Position numbers and translations under genes: made by a program. Shown in pieces: positions 1 to 9,502 of a stretch of 44,891 bases of DNA (within the stretch, counting starts at the first letter, position 1; each line of letters starts with the position of its first letter). The stretch lies in the NCBI GenBank assembly GCA_035377365.1, contig DAOSSK010000003.1:1-44891 (forward strand), in the 5' to 3' direction. The notes beneath the pieces are model-generated. The model made no database searches. It saw only the letters and a list, made by a program, of their open reading frames with translations, and was not told the DNA's origin. This DNA is from Bacilli bacterium. GTDB taxonomy: Bacteria > Bacillota_I > Bacilli_A > ML615J-28 > CAG-698.

Positions 1-366
1 GAACTTATTTGCATCATCACTAAAAAGTAAGGCATAAACTGGATGGCCAGTTACTTTTGCTAACTCCTTAGATTTTCCAATTAACTCTAATGACACTGGG
101 TGAATTTTGTTCCCATCATGTTCGATAAAAACAGTAATTCCTACCCACTCATCTTTATTAATCTTCTCTTCTTCAATCTCTTGAAACTTGAAAACATCAG
201 CAAACTTTTTAGCACAAATCCTACAAATCTTACAAGCAGCTTGATCAACATCAACTGAATCACCCTTAGCTACAATCGCCTTAAAAGGACAACTTTTAAT
301 ATAATCTTGAACTAAATCTTTATTTACATTCTTTTGATCAACTACGATAATTCCTTTTTTAGCCAT
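1..366 (-). CDS. etfA: Electron transfer flavoprotein alpha subunit, N-terminal part only (gene runs off the left edge). It opens with a small ferredoxin-like Cys motif.
   Basis: My own translation of the minus strand from the ATG at 366 gives MAKKGIIVVDQKNVNKDLVQDYIKSCPFKAIVAKGDSVDVDQAACKICRICAKKFADV...ITVFIEHDGNKIHPVSLELIGKSKELAKVTGHPVYALLF. It shows a CP...CxxCxxC cluster-type motif followed by the start of an EtfA-like domain. The start lies 2 nt after the etfB stop. It is absent from the ORF track because it is truncated. Confidence 0.7.
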   Translation of the reverse strand, partial: MAKKGIIVVDQKNVNKDLVQDYIKSCPFKAIVAKGDSVDVDQAACKICRICAKKFADVFKFQEIEEEKINKDEWVGITVFIEHDGNKIHPVSLELIGKSKELAKVTGHPVYALLFSDDANKF

Positions 367-367
367 C

Positions 368-1156
368 TTATACTACCTTCATTTCCTTTAATTTATTAGC
401 CAATTTTACTGCTAAATTTTCGTCTGTATCTTCCCATAATTCTTTATCAGTATTTTTAATTGGTGGGAACATTCTTTCAACTTGTGTTGGTGATCCTTTT
501 AGACCATAATGTGCTTCGTTTTGATCAACCATATCACTAAAATGAATTTGCCTAATTTCATAATCTTTAAACTTTTTACTTCTTCGATAAGAAGGAAGTC
601 TTGGCGTAAAAATACCTTTGTTCACCGCAATTAAACATGGATAATCAATTTCCCAAACTTCTTTTGTACTATCCATATCTACTTGAACGACAATGGATTT
701 TTCTTTGATCTCAATAATTTCATCAACGTAACTTAAATGAGGAATCTTTAAATTCTCTGCAATTTCTGGGCCTACTTGAGCAGTATCGCCATCTGTTGTT
801 TGCTTCCCACAAATAATCAAATCAGCTCCGCCAATTAGTTTAATTCCTTCAGCTAAAGTATAGCTAGTTGCTACAACATCAGCTCCTCCAAATTTACGAT
901 CAGTCATGATTGTAGCATCATCACAACCCATCCATAAAGATTCATTTAAGACTGCTAAAGCTGAAGGTGGTCCCATTGAGATTGTAGCTACATGGGCTCC
1001 ATTGAACTCTTTAATTCTTAAAGCTGTTTCAATCGCATATAAATCATAAGGATTCATCTTGGCGTTTCGACCATCTCTAATTAAGTTACCTGTAATGGGA
1101 TCTATTTCTACCTCAGTACTTGCAGGTACTTGTTTAATACATACTATTATTTTCAA
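368..1156 (-). CDS. etfB: Electron transfer flavoprotein beta subunit
   Basis: The N-terminus MKIIVCIKQVPASTEVEIDPITGNLIRDG...MNPYDLYAIETALRIKE is typical of EtfB/FixA. At 262 aa the size fits. An ATGA overlap joins it to the upstream gene. Confidence 0.85.
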   Translation of the reverse strand: MKIIVCIKQVPASTEVEIDPITGNLIRDGRNAKMNPYDLYAIETALRIKEFNGAHVATISMGPPSALAVLNESLWMGCDDATIMTDRKFGGADVVATSYTLAEGIKLIGGADLIICGKQTTDGDTAQVGPEIAENLKIPHLSYVDEIIEIKEKSIVVQVDMDSTKEVWEIDYPCLIAVNKGIFTPRLPSYRRSKKFKDYEIRQIHFSDMVDQNEAHYGLKGSPTQVERMFPPIKNTDKELWEDTDENLAVKLANKLKEMKVV

Positions 1157-1887
1157 CTTTCTTCCTCCTTAATGTACTCTATTGTTTTCTTATATAATAA
1201 CTCTTGATCTTTTTTATTATCAAAACCATGGTCTCCATCTTTGATAATAAAAGAAACCTTATTTTTTAACACTTCTAAATATTTATCGTTATATAACAAA
1301 GGCACAGCTAAATCCTTAGCTCCTTTAATTACATAAGCTTTTCCTTGATATTTACTTGCTAGCTCATACCAATTGTATTTATAACTAGAATCAAACATCG
1401 CTTTCGATAAAGAAAAGTTTAACGCAATTGTGTTACCTTTTTCATCCTTTTCAGCAATCTCATATCTTCTTTTCACAAGCTCATTAATATTACCAGCAGG
1501 ATTCCAAACAACTACCTTTTTTATTCTTGCTTCTTCATGAGCAACTGCTAAAGCTAAAGCCCCACCCATTGAATAACCTAATAAAATAACTTCCTTATAA
1601 CCTAAATCATAAGCATATTTAATAATACATCTAGCATCGCTAAATAGTGTATCAAAAGTAAAATCAGTAAATTCACCATCACTATCAAAATTACCATAAT
1701 AGTCAAATCTTAAAGAAGAGATATCTTCTTTTAATAAAATCCTTGATAAGCTTCGAAACATTCCGTTATGCTCAACTTTATGACCAGTATAGCCATGAAA
1801 CATAATTACTACCTTTTCACTTTCAGCTCTACTGTATATACCTCTTAAAGTATAGGCACCATTTTTTAAATCAACACTTTTTACCAT
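1153..1887 (-). CDS. Alpha/beta-fold serine esterase (cinnamoyl/feruloyl-esterase-like family)
   Basis: It carries the GYSMGG nucleophile elbow. The HGYTGHKVEHNGMF...LRFDYYGNFDSDGEF pattern resembles Lactobacillus cinnamoyl esterases. No signal peptide is present. Confidence 0.65.
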   Translation of the reverse strand: MVKSVDLKNGAYTLRGIYSRAESEKVVIMFHGYTGHKVEHNGMFRSLSRILLKEDISSLRFDYYGNFDSDGEFTDFTFDTLFSDARCIIKYAYDLGYKEVILLGYSMGGALALAVAHEEARIKKVVVWNPAGNINELVKRRYEIAEKDEKGNTIALNFSLSKAMFDSSYKYNWYELASKYQGKAYVIKGAKDLAVPLLYNDKYLEVLKNKVSFIIKDGDHGFDNKKDQELLYKKTIEYIKEEES

Positions 1888-2797
1888 AACTAGCTATTGC
1901 CTTTCTTAAATGTCCATGATTTTTCTCTAAATAATAATCAATTTTTTCCAAAGATTCTTCCTTAGTCAGTAAATGAAAAATAGTTTTTTTCACTGTTTTA
2001 TATTGCTTTAATTTCAAAGCAGCTTCTTCCTTTTCAACTTTTGTAATATCTTGAATAATTGACAATGCTCTTGCGACTAACTTTTCATTTGTAGGGTTAA
2101 CGTCAATCATTAAGTTTTCATAAACTTTACCCATTTGAATCATACTAGCAGTTGAAATCATATTTAAAATCATCTTCTGAGCAGTTCCTGATTTTAGTCT
2201 TGTAGAGCCAGTTAAAACTTCAGCTCCAGTAACAACTTCAATTTTCTTCTTGGCAATCTTACCAATTTCACTATTTAAAGATGTCGCAATTGATGCTGTT
2301 TTAGCCCCAATTTTATTGCCATATTCTATACCAGAGACTACATAAGGGGTTCTTCCACTAGCGCTTAAACCAATTAAAGTATCTTTATTAGACAAATTAA
2401 TTGCTTTTAAATCTTTTATAGCTAGCTCTTTATTATCTTCAGCTCCTTCTACAGCTTTGATAAATGCTTTTTCTCCCCCTGCAATCAACCCTTGAACTTG
2501 CTCGTAATCCACACTAAATGTAGGCGGGCATTCAACGGCATCTAAAATTCCTAATCTTCCGCTAGTCCCAGCGCCGATATAAATTAGTCTTCCGCCTTCT
2601 AGAAAACTTTTCACAACATCATCAATTACTAAAGCAATTTCTTCTAAATGCTTTTCAATTTCATAAGCAACTTGTTTATCTTCCTCATTGATTTTCTTGA
2701 TAATTCCTAAGCTATCTAAACTATCAATATCATAAGTATTCTTATTTCTTTTTTCTGTTGTTAGTTTACTTAAATCAACCATGGCGATACCTTCCAT
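1871..2797 (-). CDS. murQ: N-acetylmuramic acid 6-phosphate etherase
   Basis: It has a SIS domain with the MurQ signature GRLIYIGAGTSGRLGILDAVECPPTF and is about 300 aa. The true start may be the internal Met (MVDLSKL, at 2782). Confidence 0.9.
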   Translation of the reverse strand: MEGIAMVDLSKLTTEKRNKNTYDIDSLDSLGIIKKINEEDKQVAYEIEKHLEEIALVIDDVVKSFLEGGRLIYIGAGTSGRLGILDAVECPPTFSVDYEQVQGLIAGGEKAFIKAVEGAEDNKELAIKDLKAINLSNKDTLIGLSASGRTPYVVSGIEYGNKIGAKTASIATSLNSEIGKIAKKKIEVVTGAEVLTGSTRLKSGTAQKMILNMISTASMIQMGKVYENLMIDVNPTNEKLVARALSIIQDITKVEKEEAALKLKQYKTVKKTIFHLLTKEESLEKIDYYLEKNHGHLRKAIASYGKKC

Positions 2798-3905
2798 AAG
2801 TAATATTTCCTAAAATAGTATTTTCTTTAGCTCCAGTAACTGACTTCAAGTTTCCTGTTTTATAGTTGAAACTTAAATATCCTAAATAAGCAAAGCTTAA
2901 AGCTTCCTTAGCATCATTTTCAATTCCATAATCAGTCCCAGTAACAACTTCAACTCCTAGTCTTTTTCCTAACTCAGATACTACATATTTATTATGTGAT
3001 CCTCCTCCAGTAACTACGACTAAATCAATCTCTTTTAAGTATTTTTCATAGTTATAGACAATAGAATCTACTGTAATATTTGTAACTGTGCAAATAACAT
3101 CTTCCTTACTAAATTGGTCTAAATTGAACTTCTTAACTAAACTTTCAAAAAATGTCTCACTATATTGCTCTCTACCTGTACTCTTAGGTGGAGCTTTTTT
3201 AATAAATTTATCACTTATTAAATAATCATATAAAGGTTTAATAATTATTCCTTTAAAGGCTTTTTTACCATCTTCATCATAAGCCTTGCCATAATACTTG
3301 TGCATAAAGTAATCAATCATTACATTACCTGGACCAGTATCAAAGGCTAAAATTTCATCTTCCTTAGCATCTTTTGGTAAATATGTTAAGTTACCAATAC
3401 CACCAATATTTTGTAAGACGATGTTTTTCTTATTGTTATGATGAAGCAAAAAGTCAGTTTTAGGAACAAGTGGTGCACCTTCACCATCTAAGGCTACATC
3501 TTTAACTCTAAAATTAGATACTGTTGTGATATTTGTCTTAGCTACAATTACAGCTGCTTCTCCTATTTGTAAGGTAGATGCTCTTTGACCTTTTAATCCT
3601 TTAGGATTATGCCAAATTGTTTGACCATGGCTTGCAACTAAATCAATATCATCATAGCTATATTTGTCTTTTAAAACTTCGTCAATTGCATAAACAAAAT
3701 AATCTCCAAGTTCAAAATTCAAACTGCAGATTTCTTCTAGCTTCGCTTGATCGTTATTTAAATTCTTTTTTAGTTTAGCATTGAACTCTTTAGAGTAAGG
3801 ATAAGTAATAAAATTCAAAAGTTGAACTTTTTTACCTTTGATTTCTACTAATGCAGCATCTACACCATCTAAAGATGTCCCACTCATTAAACCGATAACT
3901 TTCAT
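2775..3905 (-). CDS. anmK: Anhydro-N-acetylmuramic acid kinase
   Basis: The N-terminus MKVIGLMSGTSLDGVDAALVE is the AnmK hallmark. At 376 aa the size fits. It overlaps both neighbours. Confidence 0.9.
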   Translation of the reverse strand: MKVIGLMSGTSLDGVDAALVEIKGKKVQLLNFITYPYSKEFNAKLKKNLNNDQAKLEEICSLNFELGDYFVYAIDEVLKDKYSYDDIDLVASHGQTIWHNPKGLKGQRASTLQIGEAAVIVAKTNITTVSNFRVKDVALDGEGAPLVPKTDFLLHHNNKKNIVLQNIGGIGNLTYLPKDAKEDEILAFDTGPGNVMIDYFMHKYYGKAYDEDGKKAFKGIIIKPLYDYLISDKFIKKAPPKSTGREQYSETFFESLVKKFNLDQFSKEDVICTVTNITVDSIVYNYEKYLKEIDLVVVTGGGSHNKYVVSELGKRLGVEVVTGTDYGIENDAKEALSFAYLGYLSFNYKTGNLKSVTGAKENTILGNITYGRYRHG

Positions 3906-4819
3906 ATTTTGCCTTTCTGTTTAGCTAAGTAATATGCTCCATAAATAGGATCAATACTACCTTCTAAATATTTTAACTTTATCTTCTCTTTCTGTAATTT
4001 TTCTAATACTAATTCTTGTAAGATTTTAGAGTTTTTAATATATTCTCCTGTAAATCCTAACACAGCAGTTTCCTTTAATTTTAAGTGCTTTACAAGTAAT
4101 TTGATTGACCTTATGATCCCTTTACTTGCATCATCTAAAATTTCTAAAGCTATTCTATCACCCGCTTTAGCTCCATCAGTAATTAAATAAGCATAACTTG
4201 CAATCTCTTTTTTATCATTGTGATACATAAAGACTCTTAAATCATCAATTGTGTTTAAATTAGTTGCTTTTATCAAAGATTGGGCTAAAGGATAAACTGT
4301 TCCTTTTTCTTCGTAATGCCTAACTGATTTAACAATTAAATCTTGAACAGCGCTAAAGGCACTACCGATTTCATAAATCATATAGCCCCAGCCACCAATC
4401 ATCATTGATTTACCATCTTTATTTAAACCAAAAGAAGCATGACCAGTACCAGAAATAACAACAATTCCTTCTTCATACTCATCTTTTAAATGAGAGTATA
4501 AAGCAATTAAAGTATCAGGGTTTAGTGATACATCAAGATTAGTTTTTGCTTTTAAATTAGAAACTAACCTTTCTAAAGCTTCTTTAGAATTAGCTTTAAG
4601 TCCACTTAAACCAATAACAATAGCTTTTAAGTCATACTCATTTTTAACTTCTTCGTACAACTTATAAACCCCTTCTTCTACATTCTCCAAAGCTGATTTA
4701 ACTGACGCGCTAGATCCTGCCTTAGCTTTTAGTTTCTTTACAATCGTTCCATCTTCTAAAAACAAGGCTAGTTTTGTAGAAGAGCCACCAGCATCAACAC
4801 CTATCATTGCTTTTTTCAT
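3902..4819 (-). CDS. BadF/BadG/BcrA/BcrD-type ATPase sugar kinase. GlcNAc/MurNAc kinase (MurK-like) is the candidate function.
   Basis: It has the N-terminal phosphate-1 motif IGVDAGGSSTKLAL and is 305 aa. It sits between anmK and the GH3 gene. Clostridium acetobutylicum MurK belongs to this fold family. Confidence 0.6.
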   Translation of the reverse strand: MKKAMIGVDAGGSSTKLALFLEDGTIVKKLKAKAGSSASVKSALENVEEGVYKLYEEVKNEYDLKAIVIGLSGLKANSKEALERLVSNLKAKTNLDVSLNPDTLIALYSHLKDEYEEGIVVISGTGHASFGLNKDGKSMMIGGWGYMIYEIGSAFSAVQDLIVKSVRHYEEKGTVYPLAQSLIKATNLNTIDDLRVFMYHNDKKEIASYAYLITDGAKAGDRIALEILDDASKGIIRSIKLLVKHLKLKETAVLGFTGEYIKNSKILQELVLEKLQKEKIKLKYLEGSIDPIYGAYYLAKQKGKI

Positions 4820-7443
4820 TATTCTTCTCCAATAATTTTGAAAACAAATGGTGTTTGCATCTTTAAATAATCTAAACTAAAATCACTCAAAATTGCTCTA
4901 CCAACTACGTTAACTGCTTTATCAGCTTCTAAATCAGTTAGCATAATATTTAATTCGCCAGAATATCTTTTCATTAAATCATTGTCAATTGTAATATCAT
5001 ACTTTGATCTTTTCTCTGTATTATTTGGTGCAATTCCTTTTTCTCCACGATATTTAGTACTGCGAATCATATACTCTGATTGATCAATTCTAACACGATG
5101 GACTTTATTGATAATTTCTTTTTCTTTTTCTGAAATTCCTTTTTTAAGAATTAAAGGTACAGTGAAATATTCTTTTTCTTCTGTTAACTCTTTTAATTCT
5201 TTATCGCTAATAATAGCATCACCAAAACAAATTTTCGAAAAACCTAAAAGTTCCATTTCTTGTTTTTGAAGAAAAACTGGCTTATCTCTCATAGCCTCTA
5301 CTGTAGGTAATCCTAAATATAAAGGAGGCCTTTTGTTTTCTAATGATGCAATATAACCCATAACTTTAAAGCCTAAATTGTTTAAAAAGTTGTTTCTTTT
5401 TTGTACATCTTCGTATTTTAACCCAGTATATTTCTTTGGATAAAAGTTATGACTAACCGTTACTAAAGATAAATCTATTCTTTCTTTTAAGTAATCAACT
5501 AACTCTTCCGTTAAAGTCGAAGCATTAAGTTCAATATCATAACCATCTAAAACTAAATCAACAATATCTTCTTTACTAAAACCCCAATCTAAACGAATGC
5601 GGTCTACACCAAACATCTTATGTTTATCAAAAGTTGGTTTGGAAACATCAACTATTAACTCTAAGCCTAAACTTTTAGCTTTATCCTTAATCGTCAAAAA
5701 CTCATCATAAACATGACTTCCTGCTTCAGGCATATGCATCGATACAAAAACAAAACTAAAGCCATTTGCCTTTAACTTTTCTAAATATGCTAAGTTATCT
5801 TTTAATTTATAATCATCTAAACCTAAATAAACACTAGCACCATATTCTTTGTTTTCCTTTAAAGAAACAGGTAATTTACCTTTTGGTCTAATTTTGCCAT
5901 TTAAATAACTAATTAAAACCTTAATTGAATTAGGTGTGTATTCATATAATGCTAAGTAATTAGGAACTTCCTTAAAGTTTAAAATATCAAAAGGATTTCT
6001 CATACTAATTACATATAGCTTTTTATCTAAACTATTCAATTTCTTTACAAGTTCAATTTGGCCTTGGTTAATTGTAGCATTATATGTACATAAAACTATT
6101 TGTTTATAATCTTGGGTTAATTCCAAATATTTATCAATTTCTTCTTTTGAAGGTTTAATCTTAATTCTATAAGGAACTAAGTTAGGATTATTTTCTAATC
6201 TTACCATATCGTAAATTGAACGATCGTTTTTCGAAAATTCATCTTCGATGATTGTAGAAGCAAATGGGTCAGGAGCTAAAACTAAAGTTTTTAAACTTGG
6301 ATCTACATTATCTCCTTTTACTAGTGTTAATGAATCCGATACAATTTCTAACGCTTTTGCTTTAGTTACTGGGTCAAGTAAGATTTTCTCTTGCTCATTA
6401 TAATTTCTATTAAAAAACTCATTCTTTAATAACTCATATGATTTAGCTTTATATTTTAATATCTTTTCTACTTTTTCATCTAATAAATGTAAAGGAAACT
6501 TTCCGTTCAACACTGCTTCCTTTACAAGCTCAACAGCTTTCATTTGTTTTGCCGGTGTTTGACTAACAAAAACCATATCAAGCCCTGCAAGTAAACCTTC
6601 TAAAACACCTTTAGGTGCTGTAACTGTTTCATCAATGGCTTTCATTTCCATACAATCACTTACAATTAAACCTTTAAAGCCTAATTCTTTCTTCAAAAGA
6701 TCAGTTAAAACTTTCTTTGATAAAGTAGCTGGTCTTTCACTATCATAGGCTTTAAAAACAATATGAGCGCTCATAATAGCATCTAAGCCTGAATCAATTG
6801 CTTTTTTAAATGGATAAAGTTCAATTTTGTTTAAGCGATCTTTTGAATGTTCAATTATTGGCAAGCCTAAATGACTATCAATATTTGTATCTCCGTGACC
6901 TGGAAAGTGTTTCGCAGTTGCAATAATACCTTTTTCTTGTAAACCTTTAATATAATTAATGCCATAACTTGCAACCTCTTTTTCACTGCTTGAATAACTT
7001 CTAACACCTATTACCGGATTATGAGGATTATTATTCACATCTAATACTGGAGCTAAGTTAAAGTTAATTCCTAAAGCTCTTAACTCTTCTCCCATCTTTT
7101 GCCCTACATAATAAGCATTGTTAATATTAGTTGCACCAATTGTCATGGCCCCCGGAAAGAATGTTGCATCATTAAAGATTCTTGTAACCATTCCTCCTTC
7201 TTGGTCAATTGTAATAAAAGGCATAATTCCTAATTGTTTATCTATATTTGTATGGATATCTTTATTTAATTTGTATAACTGTTTTACCGAAGAAATATTA
7301 CGAGAGAATAAAATTACATTTCCGATTTTATAATTTTTAATTAAATGTAATAAATCGTTATTAAACTCCTCGCCATAAAAACCAACGATAAATAATTGGC
7401 CAATTTTTTCTTCTAAAGTTAATTCATGTAATTTTTTCATCAA
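4819..7443 (-). CDS. Bifunctional fusion of a GH3 beta-N-acetylglucosaminidase (NagZ-like, residues about 1-530, nt 5848-7443) and a MupG-like DUF871 6-phospho-N-acetylmuramidase domain (nt 4819-5847)
   Basis: GH3 motifs are KHFPGHGDTNIDSHLGLP and GLIVSDCMEMKAI. The C-terminal part carries DUF871-type motifs: SVYLG, FVSMHMPE, RLDWGF, ELNAST, SHNFYPKKYTGL, GLPTVE and FGDA. There is no signal peptide and no stop or Met at the junction. Confidence 0.8.
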   Translation of the reverse strand: MMKKLHELTLEEKIGQLFIVGFYGEEFNNDLLHLIKNYKIGNVILFSRNISSVKQLYKLNKDIHTNIDKQLGIMPFITIDQEGGMVTRIFNDATFFPGAMTIGATNINNAYYVGQKMGEELRALGINFNLAPVLDVNNNPHNPVIGVRSYSSSEKEVASYGINYIKGLQEKGIIATAKHFPGHGDTNIDSHLGLPIIEHSKDRLNKIELYPFKKAIDSGLDAIMSAHIVFKAYDSERPATLSKKVLTDLLKKELGFKGLIVSDCMEMKAIDETVTAPKGVLEGLLAGLDMVFVSQTPAKQMKAVELVKEAVLNGKFPLHLLDEKVEKILKYKAKSYELLKNEFFNRNYNEQEKILLDPVTKAKALEIVSDSLTLVKGDNVDPSLKTLVLAPDPFASTIIEDEFSKNDRSIYDMVRLENNPNLVPYRIKIKPSKEEIDKYLELTQDYKQIVLCTYNATINQGQIELVKKLNSLDKKLYVISMRNPFDILNFKEVPNYLALYEYTPNSIKVLISYLNGKIRPKGKLPVSLKENKEYGASVYLGLDDYKLKDNLAYLEKLKANGFSFVFVSMHMPEAGSHVYDEFLTIKDKAKSLGLELIVDVSKPTFDKHKMFGVDRIRLDWGFSKEDIVDLVLDGYDIELNASTLTEELVDYLKERIDLSLVTVSHNFYPKKYTGLKYEDVQKRNNFLNNLGFKVMGYIASLENKRPPLYLGLPTVEAMRDKPVFLQKQEMELLGFSKICFGDAIISDKELKELTEEKEYFTVPLILKKGISEKEKEIINKVHRVRIDQSEYMIRSTKYRGEKGIAPNNTEKRSKYDITIDNDLMKRYSGELNIMLTDLEADKAVNVVGRAILSDFSLDYLKMQTPFVFKIIGEE

Positions 7444-7451
7444 TTTTCTCC

Positions 7452-8600
7452 TTAATAAATTAAGTATTTACTTCTTGTCTTACCAAACTTTTTCGTATCT
7501 TCTTTAATCCAAGCTAATTGTTCTTCTAAAGTAAGTAAGTATTTAGATATCTTATCAGTACCAGTATTTAAATCTAGCATCGTTCTTCCGCCTTCTCTCC
7601 AAGGTGCATTTACCTTAAAGTCATTTGGATATAAGTTTCTAATCGTATCAAGCAAAATAAAACCTAATGATACTGACTTTAACTTTTTGCGATCTAAAAT
7701 GTGAATATAAACTCCGCCACACAATAAGTCTTTATTTTTTGAATAAATTGGCGTGAAATATTGCGGTCTAAAATGAACACCATCTATCTTCATACTATTC
7801 AACTTATCTGCTAATTCCTTAGAATTAATATAAGGTGCTCCAATTAATTCAAATGGAGTTGCTGTTCCTCTTCCTTCACTCATATTTGTACCTTCAAAAA
7901 TACAAGTTCCTGGATATAGAATACAACTATTAACTGTTGGTAAATTAGGCGATGGATAAACATATAAAATGTCTAATTCATCTAAATATTTAGTGCGGTC
8001 ATAACCAGCCATCTTAATAACTTCTAAATCACAATCAATTTCGAACTCTTTATTAAACAAATAAGCAAGTTCTCCAATTGTCATTCCATGACGTTGGATT
8101 GTTGGGTAGTAACCAATAAAAGAACGATAATTTATATCTAAAATATTACCTTCATAATCAGAAGCATTAATTGGATTTGGGCGATCAAATACAACAAACT
8201 TCTTACCTTCTTCTTTGCAAGCCATCATTGAATAAGCCATCGTATAAACATAGGTGTAGAATCTTGCCCCTACATCTTGAATATCTATACACAAAATATC
8301 TATTTCGTCTAACATTTCTTTTGATGGTTTTCTTGTATCTCCATATAAAGAATAAACAGTAATTCCTGTTTCCTCATCTACGTAAGTTCCTAAATTAATT
8401 CCTGCCTGTAAGTTTCCTCTTACGCCATGCTCGGGACTAAATAAAGCAACTAAGTTAGTCTTTTCATTTAAAACATCAATTGTAGATTGATATTTTGAAT
8501 TAATACCAGTAGGGTTAGTAATTAAACCTACTCTCTTTCCTTTAAATAAATCTAAGTGTTCATCAATACGATCAATTCCTAATTTAAATTTCATTTTCAT
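7452..8600 (-). CDS. namZ: DUF1343 family exo-beta-N-acetylmuramidase (NamZ/YbbC-like)
   Basis: GLITNPTGIN...IDVL...LVALFSPEHGVRG matches the DUF1343 consensus. It is 382 aa with no signal peptide. Confidence 0.75.
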   Translation of the reverse strand: MKMKFKLGIDRIDEHLDLFKGKRVGLITNPTGINSKYQSTIDVLNEKTNLVALFSPEHGVRGNLQAGINLGTYVDEETGITVYSLYGDTRKPSKEMLDEIDILCIDIQDVGARFYTYVYTMAYSMMACKEEGKKFVVFDRPNPINASDYEGNILDINYRSFIGYYPTIQRHGMTIGELAYLFNKEFEIDCDLEVIKMAGYDRTKYLDELDILYVYPSPNLPTVNSCILYPGTCIFEGTNMSEGRGTATPFELIGAPYINSKELADKLNSMKIDGVHFRPQYFTPIYSKNKDLLCGGVYIHILDRKKLKSVSLGFILLDTIRNLYPNDFKVNAPWREGGRTMLDLNTGTDKISKYLLTLEEQLAWIKEDTKKFGKTRSKYLIY

Positions 8601-9390
8601 TCTCCTTTTCTAATTCATATTTATCGAAATCCTGAATATCATCAGGATTTTTTGTAAGGTATGCATATTTGCCTTTTATCATTCTAAAGTATAAATACTG
8701 AGGTAAACTAATTCCAAATAAACTAAAAAACGAAATAAGTAATAATGATAGCATTGGACTAAGAATTAAACCTAAAACAATTATTAATACTGGTGTTAAA
8801 AAGAAAAAAATCCCTGCTAGCAGTGTTGGTAAAAACAACTTAAAAGACATATAAAAACTAGCTTTAATATAATTCCATTTCGTCATTTGAAAATGGCTAT
8901 AGACAGCCCAAAATGAAATCACAGCTTGAGTTAAGAAAAATAATAAAACCCAATCAAGCCAGTAACCAACGGTATAAACTATCCCTATAAAATCATAAGT
9001 AAAATCTTCATGATTTAAAATCAAACTATAAGTTACTGATGATCCTAATAGAAAGGCATAAACAATTAAAATAAGCAATTCTATAAACCAAAGATCTTTA
9101 AAACTAAACCAAAGATTGGAAAAATAGGTTTTATACAAACCACTCCTTCGATACCCGCTTAAGTCTTTAATCGTTTTAAAACTAGCAATTGAAGTAATAA
9201 TTAATCCCAAAAGCGTTAGTAGAATTGCTAGATAAAAATAAGTCATTTTTTGAGTGGCAATAAATAGCACCCAAAAACCAAAACTCATAGTTATAATTAG
9301 TGAAAGATTCAATAAATTCATTATTATTAAACGATATGTCCATTCAAAAAAGATAAAAGCTTTACTATTGACATACTTTTCTACATCCAT
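8584..9390 (-). CDS. Polytopic membrane protein, DUF624/YesL-like accessory protein of sugar ABC loci
   Basis: It has about six hydrophobic segments. The N-terminal FFEWTYRLIIMNLLNL pattern resembles YesL-type proteins. It is the first gene after a promoter-like site. Confidence 0.5.
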   Translation of the reverse strand: MDVEKYVNSKAFIFFEWTYRLIIMNLLNLSLIITMSFGFWVLFIATQKMTYFYLAILLTLLGLIITSIASFKTIKDLSGYRRSGLYKTYFSNLWFSFKDLWFIELLILIVYAFLLGSSVTYSLILNHEDFTYDFIGIVYTVGYWLDWVLLFFLTQAVISFWAVYSHFQMTKWNYIKASFYMSFKLFLPTLLAGIFFFLTPVLIIVLGLILSPMLSLLLISFFSLFGISLPQYLYFRMIKGKYAYLTKNPDDIQDFDKYELEKENENEI

Positions 9391-9413
9391 AATTAACTCC
9401 TTAAACTCTTTAT

Positions 9414-9442
9414 ATTATACCATACCTAAGGTCAAATAACAA
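9414..9442 (-). promoter_or_regulatory. Sigma-A-type promoter candidate for the DUF624-namZ-nagZ/mupG...murQ unit
   Basis: On the minus strand it reads TTGTTA, a 17-nt spacer ending in TGG (extended -10), then TATAAT. It lies between the upstream terminator and the AAGGAG RBS of the DUF624 gene. Confidence 0.45.
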
Positions 9443-9453
9443 TAAAAGAGAAA

Positions 9454-9487
9454 TAAAAAACCACACGATAAAATCGTGTGGTTTTGT
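9454..9487 (-). terminator. Rho-independent terminator after the Big_2 binding-protein gene
   Basis: A 9-bp GC-containing stem (CCACACGAT / ATCGTGTGG) has a 3-nt loop. A- and T-runs flank it, giving a U-tract on the minus-strand transcript. Confidence 0.8.
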
Positions 9488-9502
9488 TTATATCTTTAAA
9501 TT

